NCBI GenBank assembly: GCA_020137815.1
Contig: CM035360.1
Coordinates: 372,001-436,000 of the forward strand
DNA length: 64,000 bases
From: Hormiphora californensis
Lineage: Eukaryota > Animalia > Ctenophora
Direction of reading: 5' to 3'
Both the position numbers and the translations under genes were made by a program. The notes below the pieces were generated by a model that was given only the letters and a program-made list of their open reading frames with translations, was not told the origin of the DNA and searched no databases. Shown here in pieces: positions 1 to 12,838 of the stretch (position 1 is its first letter; every line of letters begins with the position of its first letter).

Positions 1-793
1 ACATTTTCAAAATTGATGAACAGTTACTTAATTTTGCTGTCCCTGGGCCCTGCTACAAGCGGTGGCTCTGCCCGGACCCCCTCGCTAGCATCGTCCCGAA
101 AACCAGTAACGTGGGTTAAGGGTTTGAACAAAACTGGCCACTGCATGACCATGTCATGAAGTGGATTAGTATAAGTATTAAATTATCTGGAAAATTGTGT
201 GCTCATTATAATCCTGAATCCGCGTCTAGCAGCTAGCTGGGCATTGTTCTTCTTCTTCTTCGTTGTTAGTCAATTTAGTTGATCATCACCATTTATTCAC
301 AACCCATACACTTTATTCACATGTTTCACAACCCATACACTCTTCACGCCACTACTGATATCAGATATAATGACTTACAATATCTGTGTCTCAGTAAACA
401 GTCTCTGTCTCTCAATATGCAGTATATCTCTGTGTCTCAGTATCTCTCTGTCTCTCAATATATGCAGTATATCTCTCAGTCCCCCTTCCACATCTCTCTC
501 CTCACACACTTGTACGCTGTCTTATCATTGCATACTGTGACAAACTGTTATCAGCTTCTTATAACGCATAGTCGCATTCGCTGTTCTCTTATCCATGTAT
601 TTTACATATCCAGAACGCCCGCTATACTGTCAGGCCATTGCTCTGACCACAGTTCTCGCGCGCTATTTGAGAGAAGCGAGAATGGGTCAGGCCAATGCTC
701 TGACAGCCGCTATATATGCTTTCCACTGACCCCACAAGATTGTTCTCTTTTACCTAGTAGAAAACTGTCTCTAGCTCTATATGTGAAAGGGGC

Positions 794-3700
794 ATGTCTT
801 TTGCACGATCCGAGCGGAAGGTCGCAACAGGTATGTTATTGTTGTTGTTATTGTTGTAGGACTTGGTGACGCAGTCCCCCCTCCACTAGGGCCGCGCGAA
901 GCCGGGATGTCATCACCAACTGTAGGACCCCCACTTCTGGGGTTCACGTCGTCCCCTGGACCCCTGAGTGATTTACAACACCTTGCAACAGGTATAACAC
1001 CTAAAAAGGTGAAAGGAGAGAGCAGGAATGATAGTGAGATTGAGAACACGGTTAAGAACACACTTCACAGTGCCTGGACTCCTACAAAGGGAGGAACACT
1101 AAACAATCAGGTTGGTTCTTATCTTACTACACCAACAATACAAATTACAACTTGGTTCATTTCTCACTGTTTCAATTAGACCTTTTTTAGATCTTTTAAT
1201 CACCTCCTTTTTCCATTTCTATCCCTCTGTTCACGTGTCCTTGTTTCTTATTCGTTCTCCCTATATGCATTGTGTGTACACGACTGTGTGCCTGCAAAAA
1301 GAGAGTGTGTGCTTTCATCGGGCAGTGTAACTGTCATCACCTTCTTCTACACTGGGAGGGAGGGAGGGAGATGGAGGGATGGGAGGGAGAGAGATGGGGG
1401 AGAGATGGTGAGAGAGATGGGAGAGAGAGGGAGCAACATCAAAGAATAAAGGGAGAGAGATGGGGGAGAGGGAGAACTCATACACAGAAATAAAGGACAC
1501 ATATATTAGTCGGACAGTAGTGAGTAATTATTAGGCACTATAGCTACTACAAAAATCTCAGTTATACCTGAGGCTGCCGATGAAATTCTCCCTTTCCTTC
1601 TGGAAAAGTTCCCACCCCCAATCAGTGATAATCAGTTTGTGTGTGAAATTGAGTGGTGATTATCTGCAAGCAACAAAAACATGGTCTAATTGTACCTCCC
1701 ACACTGTAATTGAGTACGTGGGAAACTCTCCGGAGCTGCGATATCCGATCTCAAGACATAAAAACAAAATTGGGGTCTTCAAATTGGAAACAAGACCCTA
1801 ATATACATAGTGCGAGTATCAGCCAAACTCTCAACTTCAGCACTGATTCTCAGCAAAATTGAGACGTACTATAATACGGTCTTGATTGGTCTTACGAAAC
1901 GTCTCCCGTTACAAAGATTGATATACTAGATGGGGTATTATTATGTTAATTGGAATGTTACCATGGTAACATATAATTGGTTGGTGCATATATCACGCTA
2001 GAGAGAGTTCAACTTCCGGGTAGTGTCCCCTCCACCTTGTATAACACCCCTCATTTGTAGTATTGAACTGTATGTATTTGAATCGTGTAGTAGTACACCT
2101 AGTCTCTGTCCTATACTTCTGAAACACCCTGTGCACACCTTCTAAAGTGGTTGTCCTTATTGGAATGAAACCCCCAAAAAAAATTAAAAATAGCTTTAGT
2201 TTTCAAAAAAAAATTTTTGGGCACATCCCTTTTCATTTTGCTTCTAAATTTTCCCTGAGCCACTAATTGTAAGGGTTTGGAAAAGGGGGGTTTTTTCGCA
2301 AAATTATTCTTTTTAGGGGAAGGGGAGGGGAAAAGAGGTAAATTTAAGGGAGAAATAAAGTGGGGGGTTTTAAATAGGGGGGGGGACCAAAAAAAAGGAG
2401 AAGAGGGGGAATTGGAATGGGGAAGAAAGAGGGGATAAACAACCCACCAAATAAGGGGTTTTTTAAGTGTAAGTAAATTACTAAATGAAAATCTCATATA
2501 GGGGTTCCGATAAATTCCCTTCCTTTAAAACCCAACCCCTCAATGTAATGTTTGGGTTGTAAAATTAGTGGTATGGAAAAACAGGCAATTACTCCCAATG
2601 AATATGGGAAACCTACTTTTTTCCCCCGGCCCCCCAAAAAAAATTTTCTTTAAAATTGAAAAACCCAAGTGCAGATCCCCAATTAACTCAGGGGTTTCCA
2701 AAATTTGGGCCCAAACACTAGTCTGTTGTCCTTTTGGGGCATTTTTGCTGGAGGGAACATTTGTTTTTTAATGACATTTATGGTGGTTTTTTCCAGGAGA
2801 GGAACCGGTTCCCCCCCACTTGAAAAACCCCTTCTTTTTTATGTGGAGAAATTTAATTTAGTAGTGGTAAAACTTTCTTTGGAAACCCTTTCTTTTAATT
2901 TTTTCTTTTCCTTCTTTTTTAACCCTTGCAAGAGGATCAGATTTTCAGTAAAACGGGGTTTTTTGGGGGCGGAAAGTCGGCAGTGGAGGGTTGGGGAAAA
3001 AGGGGCCCCCCCTATGTTTGTTGGTCACTTCTGGCGGAATTTCCCGTATGGGTAATGACCCTTTTTGGCCCCGCTTGTTTGGTCGACCCCATCTGGTTTC
3101 GTCCTCAAATCTTCTCCTTCTTCATATTCTTATGTTTCGATAATTTGTCGTTTTCTGTGGCCCCTTCCTTCCTTGGGGTTGGGGTTGCTTCCCAAGTTTT
3201 CCGGGGGTTTTCCCCATCTTTTCCCCTTTCCCCCTTTCTCTTTTTTGGGCCTCTCTCTCTTCCCCTTATCCCTACTCTAACACCCGTCCTTTCGGCCCTT
3301 TAACATTTCGGGAATGAACGTTTTAAGACACTTCGAGAATCTGGGAAAGTTTCAAAAAGGTGGGATCTGGAAATTAAAGGAAAAAAGGGCTAAGAAACCG
3401 GGGTGGGGGTTTTTCACTTAGATGTGGCCCCTTTTTACACACACTGTTTTTTTTCAAAAAAGATCGTTATCATTTACGTTATACCAGATTATCATGATTA
3501 TCATTCACGTACCTTCTCGAAAAAAACCTTTTCCCTTGATTCACAACACAGGGGCCTGGAAGATTGTCTGTATGGCCTAGCACCAGTCATCTAACATCAA
3601 TATCAATCACTATCATTCATGTGGCATTCCATATTTCGTCAATCCTCGGAAACCACCATGATACACACAACATGAAGGTATTATAGTTCAGACCACACAC

Positions 3701-5008
3701 CAAGCTTGTTGTCCCTTTGCCAGTTCTGGGTCCCTCCCGTTCTCTCTGAGAAATGTCAAACCTCCAATCCTCGTTCGCTTTGAACAGAAAAGAGCTTATA
3801 TATATTACTAGAAACAGCCCCATGCAACAGCCCCATATTGTAACACACCCCTCTCTCCCCAGATGAGTGTTCACTTTGTTCACAACATGATAAAGGACAT
3901 GGTGCCCCCTCCACCAACTGATTTCACCAGGGTATTACCTCAACATCTCAGTCTCAAGATACTGGGATATCTTGATCCTCGGTCCCTGGCACAAGCTAGT
4001 TTGGTAGGTACACGATATTCTTTCCTCTGTCTAGAGGCGCTCAGATCGGGTTGGCGCAGCCAAACAGCTTTTCCTGGATTTCTGATTATTTTACCCCTAT
4101 GATGCGACGCCTCATTTTGGCTTCGTCATAAGTAGCTTGTATTTTTTGAGCACGCATAAGATCTATTTGGTAATCACCAGACAGGGATTATGAGAAGATA
4201 TAAACTTGTTCCTTATCTAGGTATCCACCCTAGTTACCAACCAACCAACCAACCACCTACCACCCTACAGGTATCCTGGCACTGGAAGTGGCTGTGTGAG
4301 CACGATGCAGTCTGGAAACCAAAGTGTCTAAAACGAGGCTGGGAGCTGAAGGAGAAGCAGTCCCCACACGAGAGGGCTGTTTGGAAGAGGTAGGTATTTG
4401 GTAGGAGTTTACAGAACATAGTCATTAGTCAAAGCATGCAATATTGCTACAAAATGCTAAAAATCGGCAAAAAATCCTTGGGTATAATTACAGTTTCCCT
4501 AGTCTCTCTACCCTGATACAACAGTCTTGATTCTCTTCTTCTAAGAACATAGATTATAGTCGTACCCCCTCCTCACAAGTTTCCCAAACTAGGCACTACC
4601 AGAAGAAAGTGTGGGCTATTCTTCATCCAGAGCCCCCTCCACTACCACCTAGGAACGGAGAGGTTGAGGTGAGAATGAGGGGAGGTTTAGGTATGGAAGG
4701 GGAGGGGGAGGTAAGGAACGGAGAGGTTGAGGTGAGAATGAGGGGAGGAAGGGAGAGATGGGGCCACCCATGAACCGACCGAATCAGGAAATACTGGTCC
4801 CTGATTGACTGATAACCAGTCACGTGACCTAAATAACGAGTTCTGATTGGTTGTTTACTTGTTTCGGTCGGTTCCTGGTCCCACAATGGTGGCCTTGTTG
4901 TTTATTCGTAGAAAGCGACAAAGCGTCTCAAATCTAACTGGATTAGATGCTTTTTCGATCATTGCAGATCCCGCAGGATGATGTAATTCATCCTAACAAG
5001 TGACAGAT

Positions 5009-5076
<68 letters not shown>

Positions 5077-6170
5077 GAGAGAAAGAGAAAGAGAGAGAGA
5101 GAGAGAAATATGATGAGTCATGTGTCAAATTCCATGCTGCATGTTAAAAACTCGCACACATTTGTAATTCTATAGGCCTAGCTTGTGCTGTTGTATGAAC
5201 AATACAAGGCCTAGCTGGGAATCACATGTTGACCTGCAGTACACCATGAATGATAACTCAGTAGCATACATAACATGTTTATAAACCGCATAGACTGCTA
5301 AAGAAGCAAATGTGAAAGCTTTTGGAATTATTGCGTTATCGGTCTAAAAGAACCCGAAATAACCCAGTCAAGACTTGAACCAAAAGATATATGATAAAAC
5401 AACTCGTTACTGCAGCTACATTATAAAGTCATTGTTACCTCTTATATATTTAAAACACTTCAATTTATTTCAGGAGGACGGTCATTGTTACCTCTTCAAA
5501 ACACCTCAATTATTAATTAATATTTCAGGAGGACGGGGCACTGAACACATCAGGATTATCTGCAGGATCAGCAGCTAGCAGGCTCTCAGCAGGAAGTACT
5601 GGCAGGAAGAAAGGTGGTAAAGGAACCCCTGGCAGACCCAAATCCTACAAACTGGGCGATTCTTCCCCAATGAACGTAAGAATCTTTTTTAGTTGGCAAG
5701 TTTTTATTTGTACCATTTTGATATGTACTTCGGATACTGAAATTCCCTGGACCACCGAGCTAAAATCAGCATTTTAATTATCTCTACATAGCTCTCTATC
5801 GTTCTCTCTCTTTCCCCTGTACTCTATTTACCCCCTTTCAACCCCTCTCTGTACCCTCTGCCCCTCTTTGCGTGTAACTTACATAATGTAAGGACCCTGC
5901 AAAGTAAAAGAGCACAAGCAGATGGTTGACCTCTTCATTAATTGCTTGCCCCATATAGTACACAATATTATGCTGGCCCGTCGAAAAGTACATTATATGT
6001 AACATTATGATGCTCCCCCCCCCCCCCATAAAGTACAAGTACCATTTCAGGTCGGTTATTTGAAACACAAGGAGCAGGAACAGGCACCATGGAGGTCAAA
6101 CGACAAGAAGCCGAAAGATATTCAGCTATTCAACAAACAGATTCTGGGAATAAGCAGTGAGAGTGTGTAA
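794..6170 (+). CDS. FBXO16: F-box protein, FBXO16-like (multi-exon; one exon not resolved)
   Basis: GT-AG exons 794-830, 860-1110 (..HSAWTP..LNNQ), 3863-~4003 (DFTRVLPQHLSLKILGYLDPRSL, F-box), 4271-~4389 (VSWHWKWLCEHDAVWKPKC), ~4593-4668, 5529-5675, 6051-6170 (APWRSNDKKPKDI). The WTP, LDPRSL and PWRS.DK.P.DI motifs match FBXO16 as recalled. The expected exon after LNNQ probably lies in the garbled 2.1-3.45 kb stretch. Confidence 0.8.
4769..4877. mobile_element. Same MITE family, opposite orientation, in FBXO16 intron
   Basis: Near-identical reverse complement of 44708-44816. Confidence 0.88.
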
Positions 6171-6575
6171 GTGAAATACTAGTGAAGTAGTAGAGAAGTA
6201 GAGAAGTAAAGAGACAAAGTTGGGGAAACCAAGTTGAAGAGGCCATCAGGACTAGTTGTATTTTACTCGATAATATCTTTCAAATCAGTAATCCACGACC
6301 CAATTAGGCCGAAGAATTTCTCTGATAAGTTCACGAAGGTGGAGATAGCTCGAACACCGGCTCGATCATCAACCAGTCCCATGTCTAGATCACAGGAACT
6401 GGTAAGTAAACAGCCGGCAGCCCTTTTTTCGCTTGTCTTGCGGCGACGACCCGATTTGGGTGTACCCGGTCTAATTTGATTCTCAAAAAAGGGCTCTTCA
6501 CCCCTTTTTTCTGTCTCACTCAAAAGAAACTGACACTTTTCATCTGAGAATCTAAAATCGAAATCTTCAAAATCA

Positions 6576-8277
6576 TTAAACTTTAACATCAAATTTAGGA
6601 AATAGCAGTGTCTCGTTCTTCTTAACATTACACACCGCATTAGCCCGTTCTCTGAGCGGTGTTGACAGTGTTCTACAACGAGGGGACATTGGAAAAGTAT
6701 TGTTGTTATTAACCGGCTGATACCCCATCAACCTTATCCCAGTAGACCGGTGCAGTAACCAGGCTCTAAAGTCCCGTTTCCTGGTCAGGTAGATTAGAAA
6801 GTTTCCGGTGCTGTTTAGGATAACACATAGTACATCACTGGTGTTCCACGCGTAGTGTAGTCTGTAGACCGTTCGGTGGAAGTACCCCTCTGAAATGGTG
6901 TGGTTTGTTAGGAGGGATGGAGAGATACACGGTGGTTTATTTCTAGTGGGGAGGGAGAGGGGTTCATTGCCCTAAACTGGTAAAGATGAACTTAACTCAC
7001 CATCCTGTTCTAGAAGGTTTATAATTTGGTGATGTTACTAAGAGGGGTCTAGGGGGACTGATAAAAAGAGGGGTCTAGGGGGACTGATAAAAAGAGGGGT
7101 CTAGGGGGACTGATAAAAAGAGGGGTCTATGGGGACTGATAAAAAGAGGGGTCTAGGGGGACTAATAAAAAGAGGGGACAAGGGGTAACTGATAAAAAGA
7201 GGGGTCTAGGGGGACTAATAAAAAGAGGGGACAAGGGGTAACTGATAAAAAGAGGGGACAAGGAGTAACTGATAAAAAGAGGGGACAAGGAGTAACTGAT
7301 AAAAAGAGGGGACAAGGAGTAACTGATAAAAAGAGGGGTCTAGGGGGGGCTGATAAAAAGAGGGGTCTAGGGGGGACTGATAAAAAGAGGGGACAAGGGG
7401 TAACTGATAAAAAGAGGGGACTAGGGGGACTGGTAAAAGGAGGGGACAAGGAGTAACTGATAAAAAGAGGGGTCTAGGGGGGCTGATAAAAGTTCAACTT
7501 ACCATCTTGTTCTAGAAGGTCAGCCCAAATCCAGATAATCATGTTCACAATGAGCGGGGCATTGCACACAATATACAGTGCAGTAAACAACACAATAGTA
7601 ATGGATGCCTGACGTTTCAACCCTGATACCCCGCCCTCAACCCGCCGGTAAACCAGTCTCACAGACACCACGCAGCTGGCAGTGACTAGGAAGAAAGGTG
7701 GTAGTAGTAGGAGACATCCCACGATTTGAACTACAAGATAGAAACCTCCCTCGGTGTTGTCATCGTCCCAGCAGTAAACATCATCCCGTGGGAATGTAGG
7801 CCGAGTAATCCCGGAGATAAGAGGAACAAGTCGGTATAGGAACACAAACATCCCATATCCCACCATACTGCCGATCACTATATTTCGATTTATCTTGCAC
7901 AGGGGTCGGAGGAGACAATAAGTTCTACTGATGCTCAGTTGTGCGACAATGAATATAGAGAAATATTGGCACCCATGGAAGGTTGTACTCCATATTGAGC
8001 ACAGTAGGGCGTGGGAGAATATGAGGGAGTGCCGGTGACATATAAACGATATTCCAACAAAGAGACTCAGAGAGAGGAGGACGGTATCGATAACTGCAGT
8101 GATCAGATATAGCAGGGTTGGGAGCTCTGAGAGACCTCGCTGCTTGAAGTATAGACACGCTGCGATGTTTCCCGGGCAGCCCACTAGAAATAGGATGATG
8201 TATAGGACACCGTAGATGATATCGAGTGAGAGGTACGGCTGGAGGTCGTCATCTTGAGGTAGTTCCGTGATGTTCAT
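6576..8277 (-). CDS. Rhodopsin-class (class A) GPCR, 2 exons
   Basis: Exon 8277-7503 (MNIT.., TM1 GCPGN, TM3 LSISRTY, TM6 CNAP) ends GATG|gtaagt. Exon 6889-6576 continues in frame with TM7 VILNSTGNFLIY (NPxxY variant) and a TAA stop. Confidence 0.88.
7040..7490. repeat. 24-bp minisatellite in GPCR intron
   Basis: Unit ACTGATAAAAAGAGGGG(TCTAGGGGG/ACAAGGAGTA). Confidence 0.9.
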
Positions 8278-8952
8278 TGTTACTAAAACACAGCAGGTTA
8301 GTTTTAGGACGTCACAAGGAGCCTGCACAAACACAGCGGGTTGAATAAGAAAGGGTTCATAGAATTGGAACATAAAGAAACTACTACTGAAGCTACTACT
8401 TTATTAAATCAATCAGGAGTTCAGGAGTTAAGAATTAGATCAGGGCCCTTCTTGGGGCGATGATCTGACAAAGAGAAATACAACAAAGAGGTTATATACA
8501 ACACATATCGATGGAGACTGAGAGAGTATCGAGGGAGAGACACAGACTGAGAGAATCGAGGGAGAGACACAGGATGAGAGAATCGAGGGAGAGACACAGG
8601 ATGAGAGAATCGAGGGTGTGGTAACTCGAGAGCTCTCAAAGAACCTAGCAACAAGAGAGGGGCCGGGTACACATCGAGAGAGAATGGGAGGGGAATTGTG
8701 AGTGAGGGGGTATAAGCTGAAGAAGCAGGAACCTAACGATCAAGCCACGATAAGAGGGGAGATAAGAAGGGAGGGAGAAATGAGCAAAGCTGGACGAAAG
8801 GAATATGAGAACAAGAGAATTTAAAGTCAGCAGGCGGGCCACAATTATGAGAGAAGGCGAGGGGAATGATGAGAGAGGAGAATGATCTATGTGTTAACAT
8901 GATAAACTATCTACCAGCTCCGATTCCTGGACCGAGGTGAGAGTGAGTGAGA

Positions 8953-9005
<53 letters not shown>

Positions 9006-9524
9006 GGAGAGAGAGAGAGATAGAGAAGGACAAAGGACTAATAGTTGGAGTGAGATTGTACGAAAGAAGGAGAAAAGTAGGTGCGAGAAATAGCCAGCTG
9101 TTCCTGGGGTGCATCCCCTCCCATGCAGCTCAGCTAGTATATTATTGCATTATTTATCTACCATGCTCAGTCAGCTCCTCAACTAAAGACCTTATCAAAG
9201 ACTCACAGACAGTCAGGAGGGGTGGTCAAGAAAGGCATGTATAACGGATAAGAGAGAACTTCCAGACAGTCAGGAGGATCACAGAAAAGAAAGCCATGTA
9301 TAACGGATAAGAGAGAACTTCCAGACAGTCAGGAGGATCATATAGCATCACATACAATCGTGGAGATAATAGAGAGCCATGACAGACAGATAGTATTTAT
9401 CAAAGAATCATAGACATAGACAGTAGAGGGATCGTGATAGAGAGCCATGAATTATAGAGCCTTTAGATTGGCTGCCGTAATGATGTGGACATAGTAGGGT
9501 GAATATCAGGAGAGAGGGAGAGGG

Positions 9525-9732
9525 AACTGATGCTGATATAAGGAGAGAGGGCGCTGATACCGATATATAAGGAGAGAGGGATACCGATATAAGGAGAGAG
9601 GGCGGGATGCCGATATATAAGGAGGGCAGGGATGCCGATATATAAGGAGAGAGGGCGGGATGCCGATATATAAGCAGGGCGGGATGCCGATACATAAGGA
9701 GAGAGGGCAGGGATGCCGATATATAAGGAGAG
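9525..9732. repeat. ~25-29-bp minisatellite
   Basis: GATGCCGATATATAAGGAGAGAGGGCGG repeated about 7 times. Confidence 0.85.
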
Positions 9733-10089
9733 TTGTTACTTTCATGTCGCCTCCAATCAGCATCTAGCAATTATCGTAACAAGGAGGGAGAAGCAACAAT
9801 AGTACTACTAACTTGTTAGAGCAACGACAGTAAATTGTAATACCAAATATATTTCCAAATATGGAGTATTGTCGAGGAGTAACTAAATTAAAAATTCCCA
9901 ATACGAGTAAGGACTGCAACTAAAAACTCAAAAAAGTTCAACAACATCATCGCGTCCCCACACACGCGCCCTGCACCCAGCATGCTATGAGTCACGTGGT
10001 GTGAAGGTGATTCGCGTAGTAGCTCCCCACCTGCAGCACACTATAGATCCTACTGGACTACTATCTTCCTTTCTCTCTCTCTCTCTCTC

Positions 10090-10131
<42 letters not shown>

Positions 10132-10559
10132 ACTCTCTCTCTCTCTCTCTCTCTCTTCCTTTCTTTCTCAATGGTGCACACCTGCAGCCCCATTCACTAT
10201 AATTGCACGCTCACAGAATAGAATCTGTCTGACTATCGATCCCCCCCCCCCCCCCGCCCACTCATTCCACCCAACTACCACATAATTGCACGGAACTCAC
10301 TCATGAATCAGAAATTCTGGTGATGATCTCTGATGGGCTGCCAAACCCCGGCCGACAACCTCCCCCTTGGGCGTCACCATGCACAATCAATGTATGCCAT
10401 CCAGTAACTCAAGCGCACAGAAAAAACCCAAAGGAAAAAAAATTTAGGAAAAAAAAAGGAAAAAACAAGGGGGGGGGGGGGGGAAACCCCCCTTGGGAAA
10501 AAAGGGGGTTGGTGGTTTTTTGGGGGGGCCCCCCCCCCCCCTTACCTTTTCCCCCAGGA

Positions 10560-10653
<94 letters not shown>

Positions 10654-12838
10654 TTCTCCCAAGGAAGAAGGGGGGGGCCGTATATAAGGGGGGAACTTTT
10701 TCCCCGCCAAAATCCAAAAGAAAACAATGTACTCTATTTTGGCCATAATTGATACCAAATATGGGGATTGCGCAATTGGTCACCTAGTAGGGTTTCTAAG
10801 ACCCCAATAAAAAGGGTCCAAAGCGATTTAAACAAGACGGCGGTCCGACCCCGGACAGATGTTACTTTCACGTCGCTCAAGTTTTTGTCTATACTAGCAG
10901 GCACCACATAGTACACTAATTCTTGAGAGCTCAATTTTTCTCATACCTTACTACCCTCTCGGTAGTTTCGCTAACCTCTTCAATAATCCCCATCGTTAGC
11001 TCAATCAAATTCACAACCTCACCGTCCCCACTCGCCCTCCAACTTCTAATCCGTGTTAGGGGTTCTCGGTCACCTCCACTCCCACCACATAATCTACTTA
11101 TTCTCTTCTTTCTTAGATCTCTCTCTCTACTCTCACCTCTCATCTCGCAACTCTTCCCCTCATCCATTCCCCATCGCCCTCCCGCCCGCTCCTTCTATTT
11201 CTCAATGGGCACACCTGCAGCCCCATTCACTATAATGTCCGCCCGATGACTTACCTCCCCCCCCCCCCCACACCGCCTCTTTATGCTCATCCAGTAACTC
11301 ACCACAGATACATGTTGGCGAATTGGAACAATCAAATCCCTTTTTTCCATTGTAACACATAACACATTAAACTCATTTATAAAGGGAAAAAAAATTGGTT
11401 TAAATAAGGATGGTCTGAAAGAGTGGGGTCAGAGTAACATAAATTTTGGCGACAATTTGACAATCACCCTATTGTGATTGTACACTCACACTCCTGAAGA
11501 CAAAGTGGAAGTAGGAGGCTAATTAGGCTCGTGGCTACAGGAAAAGCAGAATTACAAAGTTAAAAGGAAGGATCCAGCAGCAATCAATTAGGAAATGGCA
11601 CTCTTCCTTGGAGACAAGATCACCAAGAACCAGTAGTCAATTATAGGGCTCAGGAGCAGCAGCAATCAATTATAGGGATCATGATTTGATTATGAAGTCA
11701 ACCCCTTTTTGGGTCTTTATGAGCTTGTACGGAGCGTATTTCAATTACCAAGTCATGATGCAGAAGGAATTCTTAAACCCCTAAAATATAAGAAGGGCGG
11801 TGGGCCCAAAAAGGGTGGGCGGGAAAGAACAAAAAAACCAGAGAAGACAACGCAACGAACAGAGTCAGCTCCCATCCCAGAAGGCCAGGCAATCTTTGAT
11901 TCAGGAATGATAAGTTTGGTTATTGATGAAGTTTTTATGTGGTTTGGGCCCTCAAATCAAGATACAAAATAAAACCTAGGGCAAGGGCACCTCTTTTAAG
12001 GGAAAGAACAAAATACATAAGGAGAAATACATGAGGGGGAGGCAGCGGCAGAGACGAGAGGAGAGAGGAAGCAGAGAGCGAGAGAAGAGGAGAGGCAGGA
12101 GTAAGGATAGAGAGAGAGACCACAGGCCCGCGAGAGAGAAAAAGAAGAGGGACCCCCTCTATTCACCCGCCTCCTCTCCTATCTCTCCCCCTTGTCTATT
12201 CTCTCGTTATCCATCGACGCTTTCTCTCTATCCCCTTTATCTATCTCTCTCTCTCTCTATCTCTCTCTCTTCTCTCTCTCTCTCTCTCTCTATCTCTCGG
12301 CGCGCTTCTCTCTCTCTCTATCCTCCTTCTCTATCTCTATCTCCTCGCTCTTCTTCTCTCTCTTTTCTCTTTTCTCTCTCTCTCTTTCCCCTCTCTCTTT
12401 CCCTCTTTCGAGCATGATGGATCATGCAGGAAAGCGAGTTTTTAGCACGCTAATCTCCAGATCTAAGAATCTTGGCGTGTCTCCAACAATCCTGATTATT
12501 TAACTAAGACTGGTATCCAATTCAGTATCTCTCACAATTCCAACAACCCCGTCCCCGGGCTCATTATAATCACGCTTATTGACACCCTCTGGTATCTATA
12601 ACACCTTACTACACCCTTACTACCACCCTGTTGTTACTAGTATCATCTACTAATACACATGCCATTACACCAGTCTCACGTGTTTCAGTCTATAGTAGAA
12701 GTCTATAGTAGAACCCCTGCCATTACACCAGTCTCACGTGTTTCAGTCTATGGTGACACCCACATCCTCCCCGTTTCCTCTCCCCTCTAGTTTCTAGTAG
12801 CTACTTTTAAACCATTACACCTGTCTCACGTGTTTCAG

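Noticed and set aside
279-793. 196-aa ORF upstream of FBXO16
   Set aside because: Non-ATG start, repeat-derived, different frame from the supported FBXO16 start at 794.
2100-3450. ORFs in homopolymer-rich sequence
   Set aside because: Inflated homopolymers typical of unpolished long-read sequence; translations are meaningless.
3617-3883. Possible nested antisense gene in FBXO16 intron
   Set aside because: No recognisable domain or supported splice structure.
10410-10800. Poly-C/poly-G palindrome and Pro/Gly ORFs
   Set aside because: Probable base-calling artefact; the flanks are a garbled duplicate of ~11200-11480.
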